Virus record (IMG/VR): IMGVR_UViG_3300030060_003029 | DNA length: 64,000 bases | Origin: an uncultured virus (IMG/VR IMGVR_UViG_3300030060_003029) | Taxonomy: Duplodnaviria > Heunggongvirae > Uroviricota > Caudoviricetes > Crassvirales | Direction: 5' to 3' (one strand) | Shown: positions 28,163 through 40,200 of the stretch, one piece after another | How positions within the stretch are numbered: position 1 is the stretch's first letter | Layout: each line of letters starts with the position of its first letter | Made by a program: the position numbers and the translations under genes | The notes under the pieces: model-generated | What the model was told of the DNA's origin: nothing | Database searches by the model: none | What the model saw: only the letters and a program-made list of their open reading frames with translations

Positions 28163-31100
28163 ATGCAGGATAAAAGAAATTTTCAAGGTGGACTTAACAG
28201 AGATGATGATTCCAGGGTTTTACCCAATGGAGATTATTATTATGCTCAAAACATAAGGGTTTTATCCTCTGAGGATAGAAACACAATGCTTCTTGAAAAT
28301 GTGAGAGGAATGAAAAAAGAAACCTACTCAGAAAGGATAGCAAACTCAGTTGCAGGAGACTACAAAGTTGTTGGTTGCTATGAAGATTCTCCAACAAGCT
28401 GTTTATATTATTTTGTGTGGCATAGGAATTTTTTTCACTTAATATTAGAATATAACATAAATACAGATTTAATAACAACTGTATATAGGGATTCTGGAAG
28501 TCTTGGAGACTCTGCGTTAAATTTTGATAAAAACACAATAATAACAGGAATAAATAAGATTGATAACTTGTTGTATTGGACTTGTGATAATCAATATGTG
28601 GATTGGAAAGGTAGGACTTATCATAATGAACCTAAGTATATAGATGTTGAAAAATCTAAAACTGGATGGGCTACTTACTACGCTGATGGTAATTTTAATT
28701 CAAATCCACAAACAGGGTATCCATTGGAGACATCTTACCCATTTGAATTTTATAAATCATTAAATGATCCATATAGTGGAAATACAAGCACTAGAGCTAA
28801 ACTTTTATATTTAGATGTCTGTAAACCAAGACCTATTGCTCCTATATACCTGTATCAAACACCTATTAAAAATATAACATCTACTGCAGTGCAGTTGGGT
28901 GCTGGAGGTCTTGTGATGCAGGGTCCACCAGACCCAGAGAACGACAATGAAACAGAAACTGTGGCAAGTGAAACAGTGAACCCAGGAGCTATATCATATG
29001 CAAATGTTGGAATGGAATCTTTAGATGCCACAGCAGAGATGGACTTTGCTTATAAGAAAAACAATTTGTATGGTCACATGTGGCAATTTGCTTGCAGGTA
29101 TATTTACTATAATAATGAAGTTAGTGCCTACTCTGATTGGAGTTATGTTCTACCTGCTCCACAGTATGCTACAAATAAAGTTGATGAATCAAAACAAAAT
29201 GCTTATAATGAAGTTAGGGTTTATTACCCCAATGGTCCTGGCGATGTTAGAAGTATTGAGATAGTTGCTAGAAAATGCTCTTACATAGAAACATCTCCAG
29301 ATGAAGGAAATAAAGGGGAATACTATTTAATAGCAACTGTTAATAACAATTACTATGATAGTTCTTTTACAGCAGCTACAGGAGATTACAATTCACTTCC
29401 TCAAACATATTATGGATGGAATAATGTTCCAACCAGAAATATACCATTTATAACAGAGTTAAATGCAGATGGAAGCTATACTGGAGTTACTCTTAGTGAT
29501 GGTGGTGAAGAATTAATTGGGGCTGGTTCAAATCCTGAATCCTCAGGTTTTATAAACTTTAGAAACGATGGTGTTTATGCTCAGGTAGACCCAGTTGCTT
29601 TTGATAAATCTTTTGACCAAGTTCCTCTTAGAGCAAAATCTCAAGAGATTATAGGTGAAAATAGAATTGTATATGGTAATTATATCGATGGATTTGACCA
29701 AGTAAATGCACACTATCATTTATCTCCTGTTTATGGTGAAAACTCGAATAACCAACAATTTGTTGTAGACGCATTAGCAACTGCTGAAACCCCTAATCCA
29801 TGGGGCTCTGTAAGTGGATTTACAGGAGATGGTACAGCCAGTGATGAATTGGTTGGAGATGGGGCTAATTTTTCAAGTGGAAGTGGTATTCATGGTACAC
29901 TAGCAGATCAATGGAATGGTTTTATGTCTGGGTTAGAGTATATGACCCAATACGAAGGACAAGAATATAGTTATCCAGATTATTCAACTTTAGATGGATG
30001 GGAAGGTGGTAAGGCTTTTGGGTGGGATGCTAACTTAGCCAGAATAACAGTTAGGGTTTACTTTCCTACAATTGTTGAGTCTGGTCAAGTTTTTCATTTG
30101 AAGCTTGAGTCAAGGGTTAGGTATGGTGCTGTTAATGTTTTTAATGGTAGTTCAGTAAAATATCCTTTTGGTGATGCTACTGGAAGTAATATCTCTGACC
30201 ATTTAAAATATGATTTTTTTGGTTATATGATAGACATAAAAAAACAAGCTGGTGGTGGAGGTCTTGGCACTATGATAGACGAATTTATAGCAGATATTAA
30301 AGCAATGGCAAACTGGCAACAGTCAGATGATGGTGGTGGTATACCAGACCTTAGAGGATCTAATAATCCAGATAGTGAGTTTTACAACCCCAATCATTCA
30401 TACCTAGATAACCCTATAAATGGTGGAAAGCAATATACTCATTGGATGTCTCCAGCCACTGGTGATTATGCTGGCACTATAGCTAGTTATGGTTTTAGTG
30501 CAGTACAGGGAGCAGCCCCCATGAGGCTTAGAGGTATTGGAAAGTTTGACACTAGTTTTGGTTCTCAAAATGGTTTAGCCCTTGTCTTTGGGCCATATGG
30601 CCAAAACTTAAATGATATAAATACAAATAGTCTTTGTTTTATAGATGATAAAGCTGTTTATGATGACTCTCATAGACTTCCAGATGGAACAGCAGTTAGC
30701 AACCTGCATGGATGGGTAACATTTGGTGGAACCTACGTAAGTTCCTTAGAATGTGGTGGCTGTACTGATGGATTGGGTGCTGCCTCAGGGTGGCAATCTT
30801 TTGATGGTAGTGGTGGAGAAAATAATACACAAAGAGGGTGTTCTGATAATAATGGTGGATGGAACGATTCTGGTGCTAATGGTGTAACTGGTTTTTATGG
30901 CATGATGGGATATAACTCAGCAGGATCTAGTACTACTAATCCTGTTCTTTTGAATTTGGGAATGCCAGGTAACCCTGATGATGGTGACGAAGGTTCTTCA
31001 TTTGGTCCTATTCAATCAGGAAGTAGCACTGCTTGGTCAGAGGTTACAGGCTTGAATATGCCTATCACCCAAACAATGATGGATATAGATAGTACATCAG

Positions 31101-34100
31101 CATTTAAGTCTGGTGCATGGCATAGGTTTGGTTTAGTTTATTATGACTATAAGGGAAGAAGTTCTGGTGTTATATTAAATAATGAAGACTCAAGAGACAC
31201 TCTTTATGATAGGAACTCATCTGTGTATGTAGGTTTTCCCACTGAAAGAAAATTTCAACAAGGTGCAGATTTTTCTTCTTTTACAAATTCTGCATCTACA
31301 AATAACCCAAGTGGTTTAACAAATCAAGAATTAACGAATAGTCAAAAACTTGGACCAGCAGATATACATTGGAAGATATTTCATAAACCACCAATATGGG
31401 CTATTAATTGGCAATGGGTGTACGCTAGAAACACTTCTGTTGGTAAATTTATGCAATTTAGAGTTTCTACAGCGTGGATAAATAAAGCATCTAAGGCAGG
31501 AGTCTCTATAGCTGAGGGTCAGGTAGATACTAAGATATATATATCTCTAGACACTATGGATGGTAGAGATTGGAGTTATAGTCAAAGAAATAGGTCTCTT
31601 GTAGGTGAATGGAGTTTTGCAGAGGGAGATAGGTTAAGGCTTATAGCTGATGGAACTGGAACTGTGTTTGATAAACATTATGACTTAAAGGTTAGTGATG
31701 TAGCTAACTTCCCTGATAGGTTTGAGTTAGGAGGTGATGATATGGAAGAAACTCAGGTTGTTACTGAATCTCCTGTTGGTGGTGATGGAGATAATCCTCA
31801 AACAACTAAACCAGGAAAGTTTGTAATAATAGATGACCCTGGCATATCAGGATATGGTGTTGCTGACGCAGATAACACTGATAATGCAAACACAAATGGA
31901 TATATAAGTGGGTGGCATAAAGTTACTGTTGAAATTTATAGACCAAAGAAAAACACGTCTGAAGACCAAAGTCTTTATTATGAGTTTGGTGAGAGGTTTG
32001 ACGTGCAAGAAGCAGGAACACCATTTAGAGCTCATGGATCGACATCAGGAATAACACAACCAACAGATGCAGCTGATTTTTCAACATACTTAGGGGAAGA
32101 TACATCACTTACAACACCAGCAACAGGTGTTTTTAGAAGAGGTGATATTTGGTATAAACCAAGAGAGGTTAAATATGTTGGTAGTGGTGGAGTTGTTATA
32201 TTACCTAAGGTTTGGGTAGAGAGTTATTTTTTAAATGATTTCCTTCAAACTAATCACAATAACATAGCCAGACCACATGTATATAGTGGATACGCTAAAG
32301 AGCAAAGAAGGAAAGCTACCTTAACTCATTCTGATGTTTATCAGCCAGACACTCAATATAATGGCCTTCATTCATTTAACTTTAGCCAAAGACCATACAT
32401 GGATTACGACATGTCTTTAGGTTCTATACAAAAACTTGTATCTAGAGATACTAATCTTGTTTTAATGCAAGAGAAAAAAATATCTCAGGTAATGATAAAT
32501 AAAAGTATAATAACCTCTCCCTCTGGAGATCAAGGTATATCTTTATCTAATAATGTCTTACCTGAAGAGGCTACTCCATTCTCTGGAGATTATGGTGTGT
32601 GTACTAACCCTGAGGCTGTTGCTGTGCACTCTAAGTCAATATATTTTGTTGATATAAAAAAGGGTGCTGTTCTAAGGTTGGGGGGCGATGGAATAACAGT
32701 AATATCTGACTATAAGATGACTGATTATTTTAGAGACAAGATGGATTTATATCAAGAAATAATAGAATCTAATTATGATCTAGCTTTAGATGGTGGGGTA
32801 TTTATATATGGTGGTTACGACCCAAGACATGGGGAGTATATTGTAACATTTCCAGCTATATATAGTTCTGCTGCTAGCTCTACAAATAACTTTTTTACTC
32901 CTCTTTTTGATGGTAATAGCCAAGCTTGGCAGTCAGTAACTGACACATGGAACAGTCTTATTTCTGTGCCACAAGTTTGGAACAGCCTGAACTCAGGTCA
33001 GCAAGTTTATATAGTAAATGAATTATTAGGTAAAGTTGTGACTACTCAAGCTGAAACAGTAGCTTTTAATGAAAAATCTAATAGGTGGTCTAGTTTTTAC
33101 ACTTTCTACCCTGAACATTATGCGTCCTTAAATAGAGTTTTTATAAGTTTTGCTAATGGAGAGCTATACAAGCATGATTCTGATCCAGATAGCCACTGTA
33201 TGTTTCATGGTAGAGCATACCCTGATGAAGTAAAGGTTTCTTTTCCATTTAACTCTGATGTGTCTACTGTTAAAACATTTAATAACATAGCTTTAGAAGG
33301 ACCAGGCAAGCCATATGTAATACCACTTATAACAACAAGTGCAAATAATGCTGTACCTACTGTTGTAGCTACCACAGACAGTGCAAATATAGAGGGTACG
33401 AATGTTAATTTTAATGCAAATGACATAGAGATTGGAGATTCTTTATGGTATTACGACAATGATACATTAAGAACTTTAGGGGTTATTACTGCTATAACTG
33501 ATGCAGACACTATTGTTACAAGTGTTGCAGAGGTTAACGCATTCATAGGTGCTAGTAGCACGTCTTCAGGAGATTCTCTTAGTGAGGTTTTTGTTATAAC
33601 AGGTGAAAACACAGCTTTTAAAACAGATTTTGAAACAAATATAAATTCTACATCTATACCTCACAGACTATCTTATAATAATGATGATGCCAGTAAAGTT
33701 ACTGCAGGTGTTTGGGTAGACAGGGAACAGATTTTAGGATCTCACATACCATATGGAACAACTAATAGTTCTGGTGGAGAATATATAGGTTTAGGAAATT
33801 TACAACTAATATCTTTAGGTCCACAAGTTACAATTTTACCTGTGGGGAGCAATGTAATACAGACTTGTGGAGCTGTTGTTGGAGATACTGTATATTATTC
33901 AAATAATGGAGTAGAAACATCTCTTGGTACTATAATATCTATAGATAATGCCAACCAATTCACTTTAAGTGTCACTCCAAGTACCATGACTGTATTTGGA
34001 TATATAAAGAAAAATGCTACAATTGAAGGTGATAGGTTGAAGGGACACTATATGGATACAACATTAACAAAAAGAACAAAAGATAAAATTCATATTTACG

Positions 34101-34144
34101 CTGCAAATGCAAATGTAATTAACAGCGAACTTAGTAATAAATAA
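28163..34144 (+). CDS. Tail stabilisation / muzzle protein (P22 gp10-like) with large insertions
   Basis: N-terminal FQGGLNRDDDSRVLPNGDY; LLYWT; GSIQKL; YGVCTNPEAV; IYFVDIKKGAVLRLGGDGITVIS; WSSFYTF; C-terminal GDRLKGHY. Confidence 0.8.
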   Translation: MQDKRNFQGGLNRDDDSRVLPNGDYYYAQNIRVLSSEDRNTMLLENVRGMKKETYSERIANSVAGDYKVVGCYEDSPTSCLYYFVWHRNFFHLILEYNINTDLITTVYRDSGSLGDSALNFDKNTIITGINKIDNLLYWTCDNQYVDWKGRTYHNEPKYIDVEKSKTGWATYYADGNFNSNPQTGYPLETSYPFEFYKSLNDPYSGNTSTRAKLLYLDVCKPRPIAPIYLYQTPIKNITSTAVQLGAGGLVMQGPPDPENDNETETVASETVNPGAISYANVGMESLDATAEMDFAYKKNNLYGHMWQFACRYIYYNNEVSAYSDWSYVLPAPQYATNKVDESKQNAYNEVRVYYPNGPGDVRSIEIVARKCSYIETSPDEGNKGEYYLIATVNNNYYDSSFTAATGDYNSLPQTYYGWNNVPTRNIPFITELNADGSYTGVTLSDGGEELIGAGSNPESSGFINFRNDGVYAQVDPVAFDKSFDQVPLRAKSQEIIGENRIVYGNYIDGFDQVNAHYHLSPVYGENSNNQQFVVDALATAETPNPWGSVSGFTGDGTASDELVGDGANFSSGSGIHGTLADQWNGFMSGLEYMTQYEGQEYSYPDYSTLDGWEGGKAFGWDANLARITVRVYFPTIVESGQVFHLKLESRVRYGAVNVFNGSSVKYPFGDATGSNISDHLKYDFFGYMIDIKKQAGGGGLGTMIDEFIADIKAMANWQQSDDGGGIPDLRGSNNPDSEFYNPNHSYLDNPINGGKQYTHWMSPATGDYAGTIASYGFSAVQGAAPMRLRGIGKFDTSFGSQNGLALVFGPYGQNLNDINTNSLCFIDDKAVYDDSHRLPDGTAVSNLHGWVTFGGTYVSSLECGGCTDGLGAASGWQSFDGSGGENNTQRGCSDNNGGWNDSGANGVTGFYGMMGYNSAGSSTTNPVLLNLGMPGNPDDGDEGSSFGPIQSGSSTAWSEVTGLNMPITQTMMDIDSTSAFKSGAWHRFGLVYYDYKGRSSGVILNNEDSRDTLYDRNSSVYVGFPTERKFQQGADFSSFTNSASTNNPSGLTNQELTNSQKLGPADIHWKIFHKPPIWAINWQWVYARNTSVGKFMQFRVSTAWINKASKAGVSIAEGQVDTKIYISLDTMDGRDWSYSQRNRSLVGEWSFAEGDRLRLIADGTGTVFDKHYDLKVSDVANFPDRFELGGDDMEETQVVTESPVGGDGDNPQTTKPGKFVIIDDPGISGYGVADADNTDNANTNGYISGWHKVTVEIYRPKKNTSEDQSLYYEFGERFDVQEAGTPFRAHGSTSGITQPTDAADFSTYLGEDTSLTTPATGVFRRGDIWYKPREVKYVGSGGVVILPKVWVESYFLNDFLQTNHNNIARPHVYSGYAKEQRRKATLTHSDVYQPDTQYNGLHSFNFSQRPYMDYDMSLGSIQKLVSRDTNLVLMQEKKISQVMINKSIITSPSGDQGISLSNNVLPEEATPFSGDYGVCTNPEAVAVHSKSIYFVDIKKGAVLRLGGDGITVISDYKMTDYFRDKMDLYQEIIESNYDLALDGGVFIYGGYDPRHGEYIVTFPAIYSSAASSTNNFFTPLFDGNSQAWQSVTDTWNSLISVPQVWNSLNSGQQVYIVNELLGKVVTTQAETVAFNEKSNRWSSFYTFYPEHYASLNRVFISFANGELYKHDSDPDSHCMFHGRAYPDEVKVSFPFNSDVSTVKTFNNIALEGPGKPYVIPLITTSANNAVPTVVATTDSANIEGTNVNFNANDIEIGDSLWYYDNDTLRTLGVITAITDADTIVTSVAEVNAFIGASSTSSGDSLSEVFVITGENTAFKTDFETNINSTSIPHRLSYNNDDASKVTAGVWVDREQILGSHIPYGTTNSSGGEYIGLGNLQLISLGPQVTILPVGSNVIQTCGAVVGDTVYYSNNGVETSLGTIISIDNANQFTLSVTPSTMTVFGYIKKNATIEGDRLKGHYMDTTLTKRTKDKIHIYAANANVINSELSNK

Positions 34145-34156
34145 CATAATAATTAT

Positions 34157-34164
34157 TATATTTG
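34157..34164 (+). promoter_or_regulatory. -7 promoter element TATATTTG for the ejection-protein operon
   Basis: Perfect motif 7 nt before ATG 34172. Confidence 0.75.
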
Positions 34165-34171
34165 TAAAATC

Positions 34172-35431
34172 ATGGCCAAAAAGAAGAAAAAATTAAAAGG
34201 ATTACATGCTGCTAAGTATTTTATTGGTGGTCTAATTTCTGGTATAAAAGGTGCAAAAAAGTCAAAAGAGGATATAGCTACAGCTGAAGCTGATAGAGCA
34301 GCACAGTTAGCTAAAGAAGAAGAATTAAGAAAAAATAGACAAAAGTTAACAATGTCTCCAGAGATCGCTAAAATGAAAGAAGGTCTTGGTGGCACAGAAA
34401 TACAAAGAAGGCAAGAAGCTGCAGAGAGAAGTAGAGCAGGTGCAATGGCTGCTGCTACTAGAGGTGGTTCAAGGGTGGATCCTTTTGCTGCTGCTAGAGC
34501 AGGTCAAGCTCAAGAGGCTGCTTTAGCTTCTGAACAATCTGCTGCTCAAAGAAAAGGTTTAGAGGCTGGTGTTGCTGAGAGAGGTAGACTTAGACAAACT
34601 CAAGAAGCTAGAGAGCAATCAGACTTAGCTAGACAGGCACAGATGGCTGACTATGCCAGAGAAGATGTTCAGGCAGCTCAATCAAATTTAGCTTCTTATC
34701 AACAACAACAATATGGTGCTATTGATGCAGGTATTGGTATGGCAGCAAGTGCTTTGTCAGATAAAAAAGAAAAAAAGAACATTAAGAAAGTTGGGAAAAC
34801 AAAAGATGGAGTTCCTGTAAGTGAGTTTGAATACAAAGATAAAAAAGATGCTCCAAAGGGTCCTGGTAGATACAAAGGTGTTATAGCACAAGACCTTGTA
34901 GGAACAAAACATGAGGGGGCTGTTAAAAAAATAGGCAAGAACACTTTAGGTGTTAATTACGAAAAAATAGATATTAAGCTAGGAAAAATTAAAGGTGGAA
35001 AGCTTAAGGATAAAATGAGAAAAAATTACAAAAAAGGTGGTGTACCAAAGGATCAGATGGAAGCTGGTGAAGCTGAGGTTACACCAGGAAAATTCTCTCA
35101 TGAAAAGAACCCAATAGACCTTGTTCAAAAAAATGGAGAAGAGGGTAAGCCAGAAAAGATAGGGGAAATGACAGGTGGTGAAGCTATAGTTCCACCAAAG
35201 AATGTTAAACAAATGAGGAAGATGATTGAAGAAAAAGATGGCAAAGCTTTAGTTAAGTTAATGGATAGACTTTTAACTAAGTGGGACAAGGAAGCAGAGG
35301 ATAACGATGAATCAAAAGCAGAGTTTGGAAAGACTATGGCTAAACATGGTGCTGTTCATAAACCTAGAGTACCATCAGGGAAACAAAAATTCAAATTTAG
35401 AAGCTTAGGGAGAAGTTCTCTATTTAAATAA
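34172..35431 (+). CDS. Putative ejection/pilot protein with internal peptidase-S74-like (intramolecular chaperone) domain
   Basis: Ala/Gln-rich coil; SDKKEKKNI...GVIAQDL...VNYEKI; C-terminal FSHEKNPI...EMTGGEAIV module. Confidence 0.7.
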   Translation: MAKKKKKLKGLHAAKYFIGGLISGIKGAKKSKEDIATAEADRAAQLAKEEELRKNRQKLTMSPEIAKMKEGLGGTEIQRRQEAAERSRAGAMAAATRGGSRVDPFAAARAGQAQEAALASEQSAAQRKGLEAGVAERGRLRQTQEAREQSDLARQAQMADYAREDVQAAQSNLASYQQQQYGAIDAGIGMAASALSDKKEKKNIKKVGKTKDGVPVSEFEYKDKKDAPKGPGRYKGVIAQDLVGTKHEGAVKKIGKNTLGVNYEKIDIKLGKIKGGKLKDKMRKNYKKGGVPKDQMEAGEAEVTPGKFSHEKNPIDLVQKNGEEGKPEKIGEMTGGEAIVPPKNVKQMRKMIEEKDGKALVKLMDRLLTKWDKEAEDNDESKAEFGKTMAKHGAVHKPRVPSGKQKFKFRSLGRSSLFK

Positions 35432-35437
35432 TAACAT

Positions 35438-37270
35438 ATGTCAATAGCTAATGTATCAGAAATAGTAGGAAGGAGAGATCTTGTAGCTGAAGCTCAGGGT
35501 TGGTCTGACATAATGCTCAAGAAAAAAGCTCTTGAGATGAAGTCTGAAAAGGCTAAAGAGGAACGTAAACCAAAACCATACAACTTTGAGTTAGCTGAGT
35601 TTGGAACTAAGAATGAAAACATGTTTGCTGTACAGCAAGATTTGAATGACCAGGCTTATAACTTTGCTATGGCTAATTCTGATTTACTTAGAATGGATCC
35701 TTACTCAGAAGATTGTGGACCTAATTGTAAACAAGCCCATAAAACATTGTATAACATGCAGGCAGCAGCACAGATATTTAATCAATATGGTAACGACTTA
35801 AAAAGTAGATATGATAATTTAGCTAATTTAATGTCTACAGATAGAGATAATTATTGGAACGCAGAGAACTCACAAACTTTAATGGACATGAAAAATGTTT
35901 GGGAGCAAGGGATGAATGGTGAAAATTATAATTTCACTTTTGGTAATGATGGTAAATTGATGGTTGAAACTAGAAATAGAAAGCAAACAAAAAAAATTGC
36001 AACAGATGAGAGTGGAGAAGCTATCTTTAAAGAGGATGGAGCAACCCCTAAGTATGTTTACTATGACGAAAACAACGAAGAAACTGATGATGTCTCCAAA
36101 GCTAGAAAGGATGAAGATGGTAATCCAGTATTTGTTATGGAAGATATGAATACAGGTCAAGATACAGATTTTGATATTTCTTTTAAAAACTTTGGAGATT
36201 GGTTAACAGACCTTGGTTTTAATAATGCCATTAAAAATGCTAACAATAGTAATTTTCAAGACACAAATGTTGATTATGCAAAACTTCTTAAAACTAACAA
36301 ACTTACAGGAGAATATCTAGAAGATATGTCTAAGCAGTCTTTAGAGGCTTACATATTTGGAGGAGGTGGAGAATGGGATGATGAATCAGGAGAAGGTACA
36401 ACTATGGGTCACTCCTCTTATTTATCAAAATTAGTAAAAGCAGACAAGCAGGCTAAAGGGGATCTTAGTCCAGTAACAAAAATAGATATTATTAATAAGG
36501 CTTATGAGCTTGGTGTTGGCACACTTGAGACTTCCCAGAAAAAACAAGATACTCAAGATCAAAATCAAATGGAGCTTTATGAACAAAATATTCCTGGTTT
36601 AATATATAACACTACTGTTGAGTATAACCAAGATGGAAATGTTATACAGGTTCCAAAAAGAGAAGATTCAATTCCAGTAAATTATTCTTTTGAAGGTAAA
36701 GGTTTGGCCACTGGTGGTTCTGGTCAAAATTATATATCATTTAATCACACAATTAATCCCAACAACACAACTCTTATAGGTGGTGATAATAATTTTCGAA
36801 CAGTTAATAGTACCACTGCTCTTGACGCTTATGAGAAGCCAAGAGAGTTTCGTACTGGAACTATTGGTATTTCTCCATTTTACAATGGAAGGGCTATATC
36901 TCAGCAAGACTTAATTAACCTACCAATTGAAGAGAAAGAAAAGGTGCAGTTTAGAGTTGCTCTTTATGGTGATATTGTTTTTACTGGAAACGAAAAAGTA
37001 AAGTTAGACAATCTTGGAATACAATTTACAGATACTCCTGAGGGACTTCTGGTTCCATCTATAATAGATGCTGGTTTTCATGAAAACAGAATCAAAGATG
37101 TTAGAAGTTCAACTGATCCAGGCAAGGCATCAAGCAATAGAATACTTTATGACCAAATAGCAAAACAAGCTGCAGCAAAACAAGAGGCTTGGGAGGCTCA
37201 ATTAAAGGGAGAGTTAAAGGGAGATCAACAAAATGATAGCAAAATAGATACAAGTAAATACAATAACTAA
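35438..37270 (+). CDS. Putative internal virion (ejection) protein
   Basis: 610 aa between pilot and giant protein; TAATG coupling. Confidence 0.6.
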   Translation: MSIANVSEIVGRRDLVAEAQGWSDIMLKKKALEMKSEKAKEERKPKPYNFELAEFGTKNENMFAVQQDLNDQAYNFAMANSDLLRMDPYSEDCGPNCKQAHKTLYNMQAAAQIFNQYGNDLKSRYDNLANLMSTDRDNYWNAENSQTLMDMKNVWEQGMNGENYNFTFGNDGKLMVETRNRKQTKKIATDESGEAIFKEDGATPKYVYYDENNEETDDVSKARKDEDGNPVFVMEDMNTGQDTDFDISFKNFGDWLTDLGFNNAIKNANNSNFQDTNVDYAKLLKTNKLTGEYLEDMSKQSLEAYIFGGGGEWDDESGEGTTMGHSSYLSKLVKADKQAKGDLSPVTKIDIINKAYELGVGTLETSQKKQDTQDQNQMELYEQNIPGLIYNTTVEYNQDGNVIQVPKREDSIPVNYSFEGKGLATGGSGQNYISFNHTINPNNTTLIGGDNNFRTVNSTTALDAYEKPREFRTGTIGISPFYNGRAISQQDLINLPIEEKEKVQFRVALYGDIVFTGNEKVKLDNLGIQFTDTPEGLLVPSIIDAGFHENRIKDVRSSTDPGKASSNRILYDQIAKQAAAKQEAWEAQLKGELKGDQQNDSKIDTSKYNN

Positions 37271-40200
37271 TGAACGAACAAGCATTACAAGACGCATATA
37301 ATTTATTTAGCTCAAGTGGTTATTCTGGTAGCTTGGAGGATTTCATGAAGTTAATAAGCACCAATGAAGACGCTTTAAATGACTCCTATTCTTTGTTTAA
37401 AAACTCTGGGTACAATGGTTCTGCTGAAGATTACTCAACACTTGTTGGAGTAAAAAAAAAAGACCAAAGCGAAGAAGATTTATTGGATGTGGAAAGTGGT
37501 ACATCAGATGTGGACGATACTGGTTTGGACTCTTCAGAGGTTGAGCAAAACACACCAGTATACACCATAAATGGAGAAAACTCATCTAAAGAATCTGTTT
37601 TAGAATCTATAAACAACGAAGAATTTATTGAAGGTATTGCTAATGGTGATAACAATATAGATATTCAAAATGATGAAGTCACTGCACAGACTTTAATAGA
37701 GAGTGTAAATTCATTCAAAAAAAGAAAGGAAGAAGAAAATAACACTCCTAATTTAAGTTTTAACGAACAGGTAGATCAAGAATTATTAAAGTCAGACCCT
37801 ACTAGATCTGTATCTAAAGAAAGTCTAGTTCCTATATTTACTGAAGAAAATAAAATTTCCACAACTGATGGGTTAACTCATAATGCAGTGAACCCTGTTG
37901 TTAATCAAGCTTTATCTGAAATGAGAGATGTTTGGCCAGAGCAACCACTACTTAATGTTGAGAGTGCTTTCAGAGACGAAGAGCTAAATAAAAGTGTTGG
38001 GGGACATAACCATTCTTACCATTTACATGGAATGGCTTTAGACCTTACAGGTGATTCAGCAAAAGTTTTTTTAAACTGGGTCAATACAACTGAAGAGGGC
38101 AAGGCTTGGGCTGAGAAATGGACAGAAAGTGCTGATGGTGGAATTGGAGTTATATTAGAATCAGAGGGAACTAGCAAGGAGCATGTCCACGTTCAATTTA
38201 AAAAAGAACTTGGAAAGCCTATAACCAACTCACAACCTTCAAAACTTCCTGAAGGAAATATGAATACAATAGAGAGGAAAACTCAAGAAAAACAACCTGA
38301 TATAGCTGATGATGGTTGGGTATCAGGAGATGCTCCCATGATGAATCTATTAGGAATGACAAGGAGAGATCAGCAATCTAAACTTTCTGAAATTGATAAC
38401 ACTTATTCTAATTTTAATATTGAAGATGTTTCTCACTTATACAATGAGCAAGAATTAAAACATCTAAGAGACAAATTAGAGTCTGAAGAGTTAATGGTCA
38501 CTAAAGGAAGAACTCCAGGTGTGGTTAAGAAAAGGGGGTTTGGTATAACAGACCCATGGTGGAAGTCTGACGAGTACTTCAATGAATTATTAAATAGACC
38601 AAGGAAGATTATACAAGACTATCTTAATAGTGGGTGGGAGCATGTAGGTAACAGAAGTTATAAACATACAGAAACAGGTATTGTTATATCTCCTGAAGAT
38701 TCACAGGGTAGAAATCCTTTGATAGCAAATAACTCTGCTATACCTAAAATGATAAAATTATCTAGGGAAAACCCTGATTACTTTAACGAGATTAATGACA
38801 CTAAGATTAAAGAACTCTATAAGGAGTTTAACCCAATTAGATTTAATTACTTTCAACAAGAGATAGATAGAAAAGATGAGGGAGATAAAAAAGAACTTTT
38901 AGAGCAAAAGCTTAAAAACGAAATGGGAGAGTTTGTTTTAAGTAAAAAAAATAGCATATTAACCAATTTAGAAAAAACTATACCAAAAGATTTTAATGAG
39001 AAAACTATAGAGTTTGGAAAGAAGCTTTCTTTAATAGAAGATTGGCTAACCAAACAGCAAAAGTTAATAAACTCCTATCCTAAAACTGCATATGGTTTTG
39101 TTGACACAAGGTATATGTCTGAAAAAGATATAGAGGATTATAATAATTTAGTTAAGGGTTATAATGAACAATATAATGGAACGTATAAAAATCTTTTAAA
39201 TGAGCAAAACAAGTTGTTTGAAGAAAACCCTAACATAGATACTATAAATAATTTATCTAAAGGATTTAACGAAACAGTGAAATATCTTAACGCTGTTAAA
39301 GAAAATGAAGTGTGGCAATCTCACTATAATAAAATAAAAAAGAGACAAGAAATTGTGGACAAAACTTGGAACGAAATGAATTGGTCTGAGGTGCCAGCTT
39401 TTGTTTTGGCTCAACTTGGATCTGACTTAACTGGAAATCTTTTAAAAGGTATTTCTAGTACACCTGAGCAAATGAAGAGCATATTTTCTTATGAAAATGA
39501 ATTTGGATGGACAGACATGGTAGCAAAAGAAGTTGCTGACGCATGGGAGACATCTCCATTTAATATTGCAAAGCCAACTGCTCTTAATAATGCTGAAGCT
39601 TTAGGTAAGGTTTATTCATCAAAAGTGAATGGAAATTCAGTTTATTTTGATGATAAAGGAAAAATAAAACACATATTAAATAGCGATGGCTTAAAGGTTG
39701 AAAATGGCACAGATGCATACAAAGAAATAGTAGAAGAATATAATAAAAACCAAGAATCATATCCAATAGAAGAAAGTTACCAGTGGGGGAATACACTTTA
39801 CAATGTCATGCATGCAGGTGGAGGTTTTGCTGTAGACATGGGAATTGCTTGGTTGACTAGAGGTAGATCAAAAGCTTTTGGTGCTGGACTTAAAGCTCAA
39901 AGATATGCTTTTACAGGTGGTTTATATGGTGCTACAAATTTAAGAATGTACCATGGTTTTAAAGAAGAAGCAATAAATCAAGGTATGCTACCTGGAGATG
40001 CTTCTAGATTTGCTAACGAAGCAACTGCTATAGTTTCAGCAGTAGAGATTCTTACACCTGATTTTGGTATGCTTAGTCCAGGTACTAAAAAATTAGCTAC
40101 TGATAAGGTTTTTGATGCACTTACTAAAACTACAAAAAAAGACGCAGTAACTGATATAATTAGAAGAAACACTATAAGAAATACTGCCTTCTATGGTGTT

